Of a DNA stretch of 64,000 bases, positions 9,945 to 19,797 are shown one piece after another. Below the pieces are notes generated by a model that was not told the origin of the DNA, ran no database searches, and worked only from the letters and a program-made list of their open reading frames with translations. A program made the translations under genes and the position numbers. Each line of letters begins with the position of its first letter. The first letter of the stretch is position 1. Source of the stretch: Cyclobacteriaceae bacterium (GTDB taxonomy: Bacteria > Bacteroidota > Bacteroidia > Cytophagales > Cyclobacteriaceae); contig JANQOR010000014.1 of the NCBI GenBank assembly GCA_028285685.1, forward strand, positions 48,287-112,286. The letters are read 5' to 3'.

Positions 9945-12092
9945 TCACCTCTTTAGCAAAAGGTAGTTCCTAACACTTTTAATCTCTAAATATGATATTT
10001 TGAATTTTTGAACGCCCTGAAAATCCAATACTCCCATCATACCATTTTCTTTCACTATTATTTCATCCGAATGGTCTTCTATGCTTTCGTAGTTGGGCCT
10101 TAGAACAAATAGTCCTTCCCGATTAACAAGACCTTTCAAATCCTCATCGCTTTCAATAAGGTAATTGCCGTCATTTGTTCTCTTGATGTTTGGCCAGTCC
10201 ACGGACACAACCTCTTCCCCAGTTTTATCAATAAGGCCGAATCTCTCTTCTTCCTTTACGATGGCTAAACCATTATTGAATGAAGATACCTGTTGGTAGT
10301 GAGGCTGGACACGCAACTTCTCGTTTTTGTCGATAAAGCCCCATCGACCTCTTAACTTAATAGCAGCAAAGCCTTCATGAAATGGCTTCACATCTTCATA
10401 TCTATTGGAGATTCTTAACCTGCCCTTCAAATCCAAAAACCCCCATCTGCCATTTCTCTTAGCTGATATGTATCCTTCGCCTAGATCTCCAAAATCTTCA
10501 TAGCCCGCCTCCTTCCCTACTATGACTTCACCGTCGAGATTAGTGAATTGAGCAGATGTTGATTGATGGAAGATGAGGTAATCACCAATTCTCTTCAGAG
10601 AGTCAAATTGCGGACTGTAGATAATACTTCCAGTTTGATCGATCAATCCTCGTTTGGATTCCTCATTCTCGACAACTAGTAGGTTGTCTAGCTGTCGTAC
10701 GATTCTAAAAGTGGTCTTGTAAAGAGAACGTCCTCCATAAAAATAAGTGAATGCAGCACCTTTTCTCCCCACTCTCAAGTTTCCATAAGAGTTGACCTCC
10801 TCATATTCTGGATAAAATTTCCAATTTCCATGCTTGTCAAGAATGCCCCATTTTCCATGAAATTTTGCTATGTAGCAGTCCGTACTTACTAGAATGGAGT
10901 CGTATTTGAAGTTTATGTAGGTTTTTCCTGAGAAATCAATGACACCCCAATAACTGTTTCTTTTAGTCATAAAATGTTGACCCACTCCCTGCCGAATTGA
11001 TTGCATTGGGAACCTGTTAACCCTGGAACCAAACCCATTGAACAGATTCCACTTTCCCTCACGTTTTCCAATGAAATGATTCCCACTCACCCCAATAGAG
11101 TCTTGATCTTTTACAATTGCATGTTCTGCTTCATCTATCACTGACCATTTGCCAGACTTTAAGTCAGTAACAACGAAATGCGCTCCACCGACAGCCTGCA
11201 ACTCATACTTATTCGAGACCTTAAATCTGTCAGAAGGGAAGACCTTGTGCTTAACTCCATTCAGATACATCGTCCAAAAATTTCCCTCTAAAGAAAGGGA
11301 GTCACAGTTTCTTTCCAGGATCTTTGCATTGTCCTCATACACTTCCCATTTGGGAAATTCAATCGTTTTTAAGCCTCCACCCTCATGAATCACGTCTTTG
11401 AAGGAAAACCCAAGTGCCTGACTCCCATTCGAATCAAAATACCCTGACAGCCCATTTCTATAGCAGATCATTCCTCTCTTTCTTTGAACTGAATCCAGGT
11501 TTTGGGAGATCAATCTTCCGTTGAGGTATAGGTCTTTTTTGTTGTCGAATCTGTTGGCAATAAACCATTTATCGTTCCTGGCAATGGTTTTGTATTTTAT
11601 GGGAATTACGATTTTGTTCTGTTGATTGAGCATTCCTACCTTGGAATGATATTGATCAAATTCCGTAGCCAGGAAAAACTCCCCCAGGGTCTCCAAGTTG
11701 AAATAGTTGAAACTTACTATTACAGTCCCCTGGTTGTCAAGGATTCCATGAAAAAGGTGATTGCTGAATTTTCCCTTTATGGAAGCTAGAATAAGATTAT
11801 CTCTAAAGGGAGCAATTGTGTAGAATTTGTTGTCTGCCAGGACCTTATTTTTAATAGAAATGAGTCCCCAGAGGTTATTTTGTTTAAAACCAATCACTCC
11901 TGCAAATACTGTGGAAGTACCATCGGTCCATCCTAGTTTTTCATAGACAGCGGGAACTGTCACTTCACCATTTCCGTCCTTGATGCCAAAAAGTCCGTCC
12001 TTTTCAAAAACAGAAAAATCTTCCGCTCGCGACGCTAGTTCTAAAAAAAAGAATATGGAAAATAGTAGGAAAATCCGCATAATCTGCGGCAA
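9945..12092 (-). CDS. WG-repeat (KWG-type) containing secreted protein
   Basis: Signal peptide, then more than 10 repeats of the pattern G(K/R)WG(F/I/V/L)(I/L)D..G..(V/I)(I/V)P..Y. Confidence 0.75.
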   Translation of the reverse strand: MPQIMRIFLLFSIFFFLELASRAEDFSVFEKDGLFGIKDGNGEVTVPAVYEKLGWTDGTSTVFAGVIGFKQNNLWGLISIKNKVLADNKFYTIAPFRDNLILASIKGKFSNHLFHGILDNQGTVIVSFNYFNLETLGEFFLATEFDQYHSKVGMLNQQNKIVIPIKYKTIARNDKWFIANRFDNKKDLYLNGRLISQNLDSVQRKRGMICYRNGLSGYFDSNGSQALGFSFKDVIHEGGGLKTIEFPKWEVYEDNAKILERNCDSLSLEGNFWTMYLNGVKHKVFPSDRFKVSNKYELQAVGGAHFVVTDLKSGKWSVIDEAEHAIVKDQDSIGVSGNHFIGKREGKWNLFNGFGSRVNRFPMQSIRQGVGQHFMTKRNSYWGVIDFSGKTYINFKYDSILVSTDCYIAKFHGKWGILDKHGNWKFYPEYEEVNSYGNLRVGRKGAAFTYFYGGRSLYKTTFRIVRQLDNLLVVENEESKRGLIDQTGSIIYSPQFDSLKRIGDYLIFHQSTSAQFTNLDGEVIVGKEAGYEDFGDLGEGYISAKRNGRWGFLDLKGRLRISNRYEDVKPFHEGFAAIKLRGRWGFIDKNEKLRVQPHYQQVSSFNNGLAIVKEEERFGLIDKTGEEVVSVDWPNIKRTNDGNYLIESDEDLKGLVNREGLFVLRPNYESIEDHSDEIIVKENGMMGVLDFQGVQKFKISYLEIKSVRNYLLLKR

Positions 12093-12101
12093 AAATAACT
12101 G

Positions 12102-13379
12102 CTAATCAGCCTTATTCACTTCGTCGGGTTCCAAATTGAACAGATCGTTCAACACACCAACTATGTTATCCGATTCACCTCTCTTACAGGCAGCTTTCAG
12201 TTGGAGGACCGGAAGCTTGATGACTTTCTGGATCATGTTTTTTGTAACCACCTCGAGCAAGGCCATCTCCTCCTCTGATACCTTGCCCACATGCCTTGCC
12301 AGTTCCTGCTTCCTTATATCATCAAGCGTATTCTTTAATTTCTGAATGGTCGGAGATACTCCCATTTCTTCCTTCCATTCATTGAAGCCTTCAACTGCTT
12401 CGGAAATGATTTTCCTGACATCGGGAATTGAAGCCGTCCTGATTTTCTTTGCCTTCTCCGTTTTTTCACTTAACTCATCAATATTATACAGGCTAAGTCC
12501 TGAAATTTCCGCAACAGCCTGAGGAATACTTCGTGGAACCGAGAGGTCAATCACCAACTTATGCTGAAACGTTCTGTTTCCGAAACTTTCAAGGCTAAGA
12601 ATATCTGCTTGGCTAGAGACCGCCGAGACAATTACATCACAATTTTGCACGACAGATTCTCTGTCGTCATAGTCCATCACTTCAATACCAGAAGTAGCGA
12701 ATTTCTCTGCCCTTGATCTGGTCCTGTTTAGAAGGCAAATTGACGCCTCAATCTCACCCAAATTTTCCAGCACATTTTGGCCTATCTCACCCAATCCAAT
12801 AATCGCCATTTTAGGATTAGACACATTCTCGATAAAACGCTTGATAAGGTCAACTGAAACAGAAGCAACGGAAGCATTTCCATCCTGTAGTCTGGTTTCT
12901 TGAACCACCCGCTTGTTGGCATAAAAGATTGTGTGCATTAACCTATGAAGAAAAGGCCCAGCCATTTCCATATCTGCACTTGCCTGGTATGCTCTCTTGA
13001 CTTGATTAGATATCTGAATATCTCCAAGCACCTGGGAATCAAGACCTAGCGAAACTTCGAACAAATGTTCAATCGTTTCACTCGTAGTGTATGATCTGAA
13101 GTGTTTTGATAAGACATCCGGATTTATAGATTTATGAGCGCTCAGAAGTGAAGCGATCTCACTCGACAGTTCCTGATTGGAGGAATAGTAGATCTCAGTT
13201 CTGTTACATGTGGATACAACAAGTGCCTCGCTAATATCAAACGTATCACGCAAACGAAGCAAAAAATCACGACCCTCACTTTCGCTTAGTGTCACCTTTT
13301 CTCTTATATCAAGGGGGGCATTGTGATACGAAATTCCGACAGCCTTAAAATCAATCATTCTCTTAAAAACAGATCGCAA
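12102..13379 (-). CDS. hemA: glutamyl-tRNA reductase
   Basis: VSTCNRTEIY catalytic-Cys block, a NADPH-binding site (IIGLGEIG) and a C-terminal dimerisation helix. An alternative start at M8 (13358) is possible. Confidence 0.9.
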   Translation of the reverse strand: MRSVFKRMIDFKAVGISYHNAPLDIREKVTLSESEGRDFLLRLRDTFDISEALVVSTCNRTEIYYSSNQELSSEIASLLSAHKSINPDVLSKHFRSYTTSETIEHLFEVSLGLDSQVLGDIQISNQVKRAYQASADMEMAGPFLHRLMHTIFYANKRVVQETRLQDGNASVASVSVDLIKRFIENVSNPKMAIIGLGEIGQNVLENLGEIEASICLLNRTRSRAEKFATSGIEVMDYDDRESVVQNCDVIVSAVSSQADILSLESFGNRTFQHKLVIDLSVPRSIPQAVAEISGLSLYNIDELSEKTEKAKKIRTASIPDVRKIISEAVEGFNEWKEEMGVSPTIQKLKNTLDDIRKQELARHVGKVSEEEMALLEVVTKNMIQKVIKLPVLQLKAACKRGESDNIVGVLNDLFNLEPDEVNKAD

Positions 13380-13451
13380 AAATAACGGCCGTCTTGCTAT
13401 ATTGGTCTTTGATTAGCCGCTCCATAGCCTTATTTAGAATTATTATAAATA

Positions 13452-14183
13452 GTGATTAAATACATCATAAACGCAATTTCTCAAGGTCTGGCATTTTCAA
13501 GAACAGAAGCTAAGGGAACTTTCATTTTAATCATTATCGTAATTCTCTCAATCACTTCCTTTAAGTTCATTTCGACCAGGATAAAAAACGAGACCATGAA
13601 CGAGTACGATCCTTCCGAACTTGCTACCTGGGTAGAAGAAGTAAAGGCTTCTTATTCCTCAAGGCCTCCCAAGACAGTGGATAAATACGAAGCTGCTGAT
13701 AACTGGTTGTCTAAGGAAAAGGAAATACCACAGCCCATCTCGAAGATCTCAAGTGAAACAAGAATTCGAAAAGAAGAAGTCTTTGAAAAACCCAGATTGA
13801 TCGATCTAAATAGTGCCAATGCCGTGGAGCTGCAAAAAATCAGGGGAATTGGAAAAGCCTATTCGGAACGGATCATTAAATATCGAAACATGCTTGGTGG
13901 ATTTGCCAGCGTAGATCAGCTTCACGAAGTGTACGGGTTGAATGCTGAGCTGATCAGCAAAATCGAGGAACGTTTTCCTATTTTGTCAAGTCCCAAAAAG
14001 TTAGAAATCAACTCGGACTCGGTTAAGGTTCTAGCAAGACACCCTTACATTTCTTATGATCTTGCATGGGTCATCATCAACTATCGAAGGCAAAACGGTG
14101 ATATAGAAAATTTCGAAAATCTGAAGAATATCAGGGCACTCAGTGATTCCGTTCGTTCGAAGCTCAGACCATATCTGGATTAG
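13452..14183 (+). CDS. membrane-anchored ComEA-like protein with tandem helix-hairpin-helix domains
   Basis: N-terminal TM segment (FILIIIVILSITSF). The canonical ComEA HhH motif is LIDLNSANAVELQKIRGIGKAYSERII.YR...GGF.SVDQL. A second, degenerate copy follows. The track start is GTG. Confidence 0.7.
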   Translation: MIKYIINAISQGLAFSRTEAKGTFILIIIVILSITSFKFISTRIKNETMNEYDPSELATWVEEVKASYSSRPPKTVDKYEAADNWLSKEKEIPQPISKISSETRIRKEEVFEKPRLIDLNSANAVELQKIRGIGKAYSERIIKYRNMLGGFASVDQLHEVYGLNAELISKIEERFPILSSPKKLEINSDSVKVLARHPYISYDLAWVIINYRRQNGDIENFENLKNIRALSDSVRSKLRPYLD

Positions 14184-17100
14184 ATGGAAAAGGTTCTGCA
14201 ATCTTATATGAGACGCCTGAGCAACCTCTCCGGTAACAATCGGTCACTTCTCCTTCTTCGACTTTTGAAGGAACAATTTATTGATATACATGATTTTGAT
14301 TTCGCGCAGAAAGAGCCCAGTTTTCAAATCATAAAAGGGCTTATGCTTCGAAAAAAACTCATCCCTCTTTGTGAAGAGGTTGATAGCAGGAGCAGATCGA
14401 CAAATGAACTGAGTCGAAGGCTTAAGAAGATCCAGCGAATGGAAAAGTTCCTTTTTGAAGAGCGTGGATCTAAGGATCTTTATGTGGGTTGGCCTTTCAT
14501 TAGGGGTAAGTTTTCAGATGGAACCGCAGTTCGATGTCCACTGATATTTTTCCCTGTTTCTATTGAAAAAAGAGGAAACAACTGGTTTTTATCACGAAGA
14601 GAAGATGTGAATGTAACCTTGAATAAAACATTTCTTCTCGCCTATTCTTACTACAATAACATCAAACTTGATGAAGAGCTGATCGAAACAGTCATTGATG
14701 ACTTTGACAAGGACACTATTGTATTCCGAACGCAGCTTTACGAACGCTTGAAGACAAGCCAGGTGGAAATCAATTTCAACCAGGAAAACTTCACCGACGA
14801 GTTGCGTTCTTACCGAAACTACAAGAAGTCAGAATTTGAGGAAAAGGAGAAGACTGGGGTTTTAAAGATGTATCCGGAGGCCGCTCTGGGAATCTTTCCT
14901 CAATCCGGATCGTACCTCGTTCCGGACTACCTGAGGTTACTCGAGGGAAACCTATTTGGCGATCTGGAAGATTTCTTTGCCAGAAAAATGACAACAGACA
15001 TAAACCAGATGTCACTTTTTACTGACAAGGTGAACGAGGAGAATACCTTCACTCCCTTTCCATTGGATGCCTACCAGGAAAAAGCCATCAAGGAGATCAA
15101 AAAGGGCAAATCCATTGTCGTTCAAGGGCCACCTGGCACCGGAAAATCTCAATTGATCAGCAATGTCATCTGCGACTTTATGGCTCGAGGAAAAAATGTC
15201 TTACTGGTTTGCCAAAAAAGAGCAGCTTTAGATGTCGTTTTTGACCGGCTTAAGGAAAAAGAAGCACATGACTTTGTTGCCCTAGTCCACGACTTCAAAA
15301 ATGACCGGAAATCTATTTTCGAGAAGATAGATCTTCAAATTGAATCGGTGGAGCAGTATCAAAAGAAGAACAACAGTCTGGACTCGATTCAACTTGAGCG
15401 CAACTTCTTACAAGCCAGCAGAAGAATTGATCAAATTTGTGAGGACCTGGAAGAGTTTCGGCAGGCACTTTTTGATGAATCCGAATGCGGCAAATCTGTC
15501 AAGGAACTGTACCTGACATCCAGCCCTGAACGACCCAGTTTTTCTATGAATACGGAGTATCGGGCAATCCATTTCAATGACTTGCCGGAAGTCCTTAGAA
15601 AATTCAACAATTATCTCCTCTATCATGAGAAGTTCGAAAAGCGATCTCATTTCTGGTCGAGGGGACCTTCTTTTGCTGATTTTCAGACAAACGATATGGT
15701 CAGGATATTGGAAGTTCTTCATGAAATCCCGATTTTCAATACCAAAATCACTGAAGATTCAAAGCAGTTCACCTTACGGCCACTTGATTTTGAGTCCATT
15801 GAATATTTTGCTGGTAAGATCCCTGAAATTGACCAACTATTGGAAGAGCTAAAGGAACCCATCCTTTTCAATATTTTCAAGAAGTTGCATGTTGAAAAGC
15901 CACCTCAAAACCTGAATTGGCTCATTAAGCTTGAGCGAAATGCAATGGCCTGCTTTAAAGGTTCCGGAGTTGAGATATCGCTTAAATCAGCAGACCTGGG
16001 CCGGTTTCAAGAAGTCTTGCAAGCTGGTATTAAGGCCAGGAGCAGGCCCTGGAGCCTGATCAAATGGTTTTTCTCCAAGGAGAAAACGTTCCTCAAGCGT
16101 GTGCTAGTAGCCAATCATCTAAAAAGCAACAGGAAAGGCCTGAATACGATGGTCGAAAAAATTGACAACCGGCTAAATTTCGAACACATCATCTCTCAAA
16201 TCAACGAAACCAATTGGCTTCAAGATTTCCCAAAGGAACTACGGAAAATTGATATCCAGGACTGGTTTTTTTGGAAGAAAGCGGGACTTAATATGTACTA
16301 TCTGAGTGAGCAGATACGAGCGCTCCATGAGTATGTTTCTATTGTCAAATCCAATCAAGAATCGTACTTGTCCTCGCTCCAACAGCTCAAAAAACTGTCC
16401 TCTGATCTACCCACCCAGCTGGGATTATGGAGCAGATACTTAAACAGTCATCAAGTCAAGTCGATCATCCTAAAAAAAGAGGATCCAGTCAAATTAGAGA
16501 GATTGCTAAGAAAGGATTTTGATGCCATTTGTGAATTTCATAAACTAAAAACAAGTCTTTCAGCCGAGGAGAGTAACACCATTGACAAGATTATAGAGGC
16601 CAATGCAAAAAGTATTGAAGAAGCGTTGGACCTTTTCGTTAACAGTCTCAGTCTCTCATGGATCGATCATATTGAGGGGAAGTATCCTGATCTCCGATCT
16701 GTCTCCTCCGGTAAGCTCGACAGTCATATTTCGGAGTTGCAAGAGTCCATCTTACTGAAAAGAAAATGTAGCAACGAGATCATGCTACTCAAAGCAAGAG
16801 AAAAGACTTATGAAGATCTTGAGTTTAATAGGTTGAAAAACAGGGTGACCTATAGAGACCTTCAGCATCAGGTGACCAAGAAAAGAAGAATCTGGCCTAT
16901 TCGGAGGGTTATCGGTGAGTTTACAGAAGAGCTCTTTACACTGCTTCCATGCTGGATGTGTTCGCCGGAAAGTGCTTCTGCAATTTTTCCAATGATGCAA
17001 AATTTCGATCTCGTGATCTTCGATGAAGCCTCTCAGTGTTTTGCGGAACGTGGTATTCCAGCCATGTATCGTGGGCGGCAATTGGTGGTCACTGGTGACA

Positions 17101-18179
17101 GTCAGCAATTACAGCCCAATGACTTGTATCGGGTCAGATGGGAGGAAGATGATGATGTTTCTCCAGAGCTGTCTATCGATTCCCTACTTGACTTAACCAA
17201 GTATTATTTGCCTGAAATAAATCTGGCAGGTCACTATAGAAGCAAATCACTGGAACTTATTGATTTTTCGAATGAACATTTTTATTCCGGAAAGCTCCGT
17301 TTGTTGCCAGATTTCAAATACGTTAACAAAAAGGAGCCTGCTATCAAGTACATCGAATCGGATGGAGTCTGGGAGGATGGGGCAAACGAAATTGAGGCCG
17401 GAATGGTAGTGGATCTTGCAATGGATTTGATCAAAGAAAAAAGTGAAAGAGATATCGGCATTGTCACCTTCAATTTCAAGCAGCAGGAATTGATTATGGA
17501 TTTGATGGAAGAAAAAGCTGTTGAGAGAAGCATATTGATTCCTGAAGCACTTTTTGTGAAAAATATCGAAAACGTTCAAGGAGATGAAAGGGACGTGATC
17601 ATTTTTAGCATTGGATACGCACCAGATAAACAGGGAAAAGTTAAGCTTCAGTTCGGGAGTTTAAATGTAGAAGGAGGTGAGAATCGACTAAATGTTGCTG
17701 TGACTCGGGCGAGAGAAGATGTATACGTAGTGTCAAGTATTCATCCTTCCATGATGCAAACGGAGGACACGAAAAATGACGGGCCCAAGCTTCTAAAGAA
17801 ATACCTGGAGTACGCGTGGAACGTCAGCCATGGAGATTGGGTTCCTCACCTGCCAGAGTATGACGATCATCACATATCCTGGTACCTGCGCATAAAGCTT
17901 CGAGAGCATTCATTTCACGATGTGCAGGGATTGGAAATAGAGAAGGAACTGCCGTTCTCAGATCTTTCCGTTAAAAAAGATCAAGAATTCAAAGGCCTTG
18001 TTCTCACAGATGATGAGCGATACTACCAGGCGCTTTCTCCTAAGCAGATATACGCATTTCAGCACTTTCATCTCTCTACTAAGAATTGGAAATATGAACG
18101 ATTTCACAGTCGTGAACTTTGGATCGATTCAGATTCGGCAAAAGAGAAAATGCAGAAATTTTTGTATAAGGTGCAGTAA
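14184..18179 (+). CDS. 1331-aa SF1B (Upf1/Dna2-like) helicase with long N-terminal DUF4011-like region and degenerate C-terminal restriction-endonuclease-like tail
   Basis: Helicase motifs GPPGTGKSQ (Walker A), IFDEASQ (motif II), VVTGDSQQLQPN, GHYRSKS, VQGDERDVIIFS and NVAVTRARE. The ATG directly abuts the TAG of the upstream HhH gene. The C-terminal ...GLVLTDDERYY...W.YERFHSRELW resembles an eroded DUF559/Vsr-type fold. Confidence 0.85.
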   Translation: MEKVLQSYMRRLSNLSGNNRSLLLLRLLKEQFIDIHDFDFAQKEPSFQIIKGLMLRKKLIPLCEEVDSRSRSTNELSRRLKKIQRMEKFLFEERGSKDLYVGWPFIRGKFSDGTAVRCPLIFFPVSIEKRGNNWFLSRREDVNVTLNKTFLLAYSYYNNIKLDEELIETVIDDFDKDTIVFRTQLYERLKTSQVEINFNQENFTDELRSYRNYKKSEFEEKEKTGVLKMYPEAALGIFPQSGSYLVPDYLRLLEGNLFGDLEDFFARKMTTDINQMSLFTDKVNEENTFTPFPLDAYQEKAIKEIKKGKSIVVQGPPGTGKSQLISNVICDFMARGKNVLLVCQKRAALDVVFDRLKEKEAHDFVALVHDFKNDRKSIFEKIDLQIESVEQYQKKNNSLDSIQLERNFLQASRRIDQICEDLEEFRQALFDESECGKSVKELYLTSSPERPSFSMNTEYRAIHFNDLPEVLRKFNNYLLYHEKFEKRSHFWSRGPSFADFQTNDMVRILEVLHEIPIFNTKITEDSKQFTLRPLDFESIEYFAGKIPEIDQLLEELKEPILFNIFKKLHVEKPPQNLNWLIKLERNAMACFKGSGVEISLKSADLGRFQEVLQAGIKARSRPWSLIKWFFSKEKTFLKRVLVANHLKSNRKGLNTMVEKIDNRLNFEHIISQINETNWLQDFPKELRKIDIQDWFFWKKAGLNMYYLSEQIRALHEYVSIVKSNQESYLSSLQQLKKLSSDLPTQLGLWSRYLNSHQVKSIILKKEDPVKLERLLRKDFDAICEFHKLKTSLSAEESNTIDKIIEANAKSIEEALDLFVNSLSLSWIDHIEGKYPDLRSVSSGKLDSHISELQESILLKRKCSNEIMLLKAREKTYEDLEFNRLKNRVTYRDLQHQVTKKRRIWPIRRVIGEFTEELFTLLPCWMCSPESASAIFPMMQNFDLVIFDEASQCFAERGIPAMYRGRQLVVTGDSQQLQPNDLYRVRWEEDDDVSPELSIDSLLDLTKYYLPEINLAGHYRSKSLELIDFSNEHFYSGKLRLLPDFKYVNKKEPAIKYIESDGVWEDGANEIEAGMVVDLAMDLIKEKSERDIGIVTFNFKQQELIMDLMEEKAVERSILIPEALFVKNIENVQGDERDVIIFSIGYAPDKQGKVKLQFGSLNVEGGENRLNVAVTRAREDVYVVSSIHPSMMQTEDTKNDGPKLLKKYLEYAWNVSHGDWVPHLPEYDDHHISWYLRIKLREHSFHDVQGLEIEKELPFSDLSVKKDQEFKGLVLTDDERYYQALSPKQIYAFQHFHLSTKNWKYERFHSRELWIDSDSAKEKMQKFLYKVQ

Positions 18180-18182
18180 GGA

Positions 18183-18647
18183 TTACTCTTCTACAAATTC
18201 CACCCTGGCACCTACAGAAAGTATGAAAGGTAAAGAATCTAGTCGCATTTGTTGCTGCAACTTGATATTATAAACGCCAGGTTTTGAAAACTTATATTTT
18301 TCAAGGATAGGAACAGTGTGATCAAACATGTCGCCCAATCCACTTCCTCTTGGTTGACCTGTCTTCGGATCAAAAAGATCCGCTTCCTTCAATTGATTCA
18401 CGACCACACTATCTACTGAATCGGTAAGGGAGTATTGAAAATAAATGTTGTAAAAGGGGTATAAGGAAGAATTTCGAAAAGTGGCAAGTAGATTGTATTC
18501 CCTTTCTATGTCTGTGATTTCAAAGGTGAAATTCTTTACGGAATCCAAATGCCAAAATGCCTCCTCCATATCTACATAGTCTTCATAGACTCGAGAAGAG
18601 TCACACGAAATCAGAAGCAGCAGGAGCAGTAAATAGCTATGTTTCAT
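18183..18647 (-). CDS. gldH: gliding-motility lipoprotein GldH
   Basis: About 150 aa, with lipobox LLISC. The family-typical blocks RVYEDY, WH.DS..F.F, YPF.NIY and LFDP.TG.P.G.G.GD are present. There is a 4-nt overlap with the upstream PSP1 gene. Confidence 0.75.
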   Translation of the reverse strand: MKHSYLLLLLLLISCDSSRVYEDYVDMEEAFWHLDSVKNFTFEITDIEREYNLLATFRNSSLYPFYNIYFQYSLTDSVDSVVVNQLKEADLFDPKTGQPRGSGLGDMFDHTVPILEKYKFSKPGVYNIKLQQQMRLDSLPFILSVGARVEFVEE

Positions 18648-19795
18648 TCGTCTTTCTTTTGACTCGATTTGGCAAATGACTTCTTCCCGCGTTTTTTGCT
18701 TTTGTTCCGCTTCTTCTTTTTGCTTTTCCCCTTGTATTTCTTGTCCATTGCTTCCAAGTCGCTATTGGCAGAACCACTTTCCATCTTAACCTCTTCAACT
18801 TTGTTGTCTGCCAGGGTTGCAGGTTTTTTTCCCTTCTTGTTCAATTCAACAATCTCCTTCACTCTTTTGACGTCTATTGAATGCCAGTTGTTATCGTCAT
18901 CGTATCCAAACCACATGATCTTTCTGAATATATCCGTCTTTTGAAGTCGCGCCTCCCCTCGTTGAGTTTGTAGAGGTTTATCTACATCAGGGATGTCCTT
19001 CAACGCCTCCATATACGTATCTAGCTCATAATTGAGGCAACATTTAAGTCTGCCGCATTGACCAGATAATTTTCCAGGATTCAGCGACAGGTTCTGATAA
19101 CGAGCAGCTTGAGTAGAGACAGTTTTAAAATCCGAAAGCCAAGTAGAGCAACACAGCTCTCGACCACAAACTCCCACTCCACCAATCCTTCCGGCCTCTT
19201 CTCTTAAACTGATCTGTCTCATCTCAATACGAATTCTGAACTCAGTTGCCATGATCTTGATGAGTTCACGAAAGTCTACCCTGTCGTCGGCTGAGTAGTA
19301 AAATGTCGCTTTCGTCCCGTCGGCCTGAAACTCCACGTCAGTCAATTTCATCTCAATCTTTTTCTCTTGGACGATTTCCCTTGTTCGATAGAGAACAGGT
19401 GATTCTCTGTTACGAGCTTCTTCCCATCGTTCCAAATCCTTTCCGCTTGCTTTGCGATAGATCTCCTTTATCTCGTCATCGTCTTTTACACCCTTTTTTG
19501 ACATCTGCAATCTCACCAGCTCGCCCTGCAGAGACACGTACCCGACATGGTGGCCTCCCGGAACATCAACTACAACCGCATCTCCCGTTACAATATCCAA
19601 TTTCTTGTCATTCCTGTAGAATCCCTTACGACCACTTTTGAATCGAACTTCTACAATATCGAATAGGTGCAGGGCAGGCATATCCATATTAGATAGCCAA
19701 TCGAATGTATTGAGTTTGTTGCAGCCTCCGGAATTACAATGTCCGTTGTTTTTGCATCCTGCAGACCCACTTGTACCACAACTACTGCAACTCAT
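18644..19795 (-). CDS. PSP1 domain protein (RicT/YaaT-like), Cys-rich N-terminus and Lys-rich tail
   Basis: N-terminal CSSCGT..GCKNNGHCNSGGC cluster. The PSP1 C-terminal core is F.ADGTKATFYYSADDRVDFRELIK......RIEMRQI..R, followed by GVCGRELCC and CGRLKCCL. Confidence 0.85.
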   Translation of the reverse strand: MSCSSCGTSGSAGCKNNGHCNSGGCNKLNTFDWLSNMDMPALHLFDIVEVRFKSGRKGFYRNDKKLDIVTGDAVVVDVPGGHHVGYVSLQGELVRLQMSKKGVKDDDEIKEIYRKASGKDLERWEEARNRESPVLYRTREIVQEKKIEMKLTDVEFQADGTKATFYYSADDRVDFRELIKIMATEFRIRIEMRQISLREEAGRIGGVGVCGRELCCSTWLSDFKTVSTQAARYQNLSLNPGKLSGQCGRLKCCLNYELDTYMEALKDIPDVDKPLQTQRGEARLQKTDIFRKIMWFGYDDDNNWHSIDVKRVKEIVELNKKGKKPATLADNKVEEVKMESGSANSDLEAMDKKYKGKSKKKKRNKSKKRGKKSFAKSSQKKDE

Positions 19796-19797
19796 CC

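Noticed and set aside
14184-18179. Giant SF1 helicase as a Mokosh-type or other known anti-phage defence gene.
   Set aside because: I found no PLD HxKxxxxD motif. No partner nuclease, methylase or other defence genes lie nearby. The flanks are housekeeping genes.
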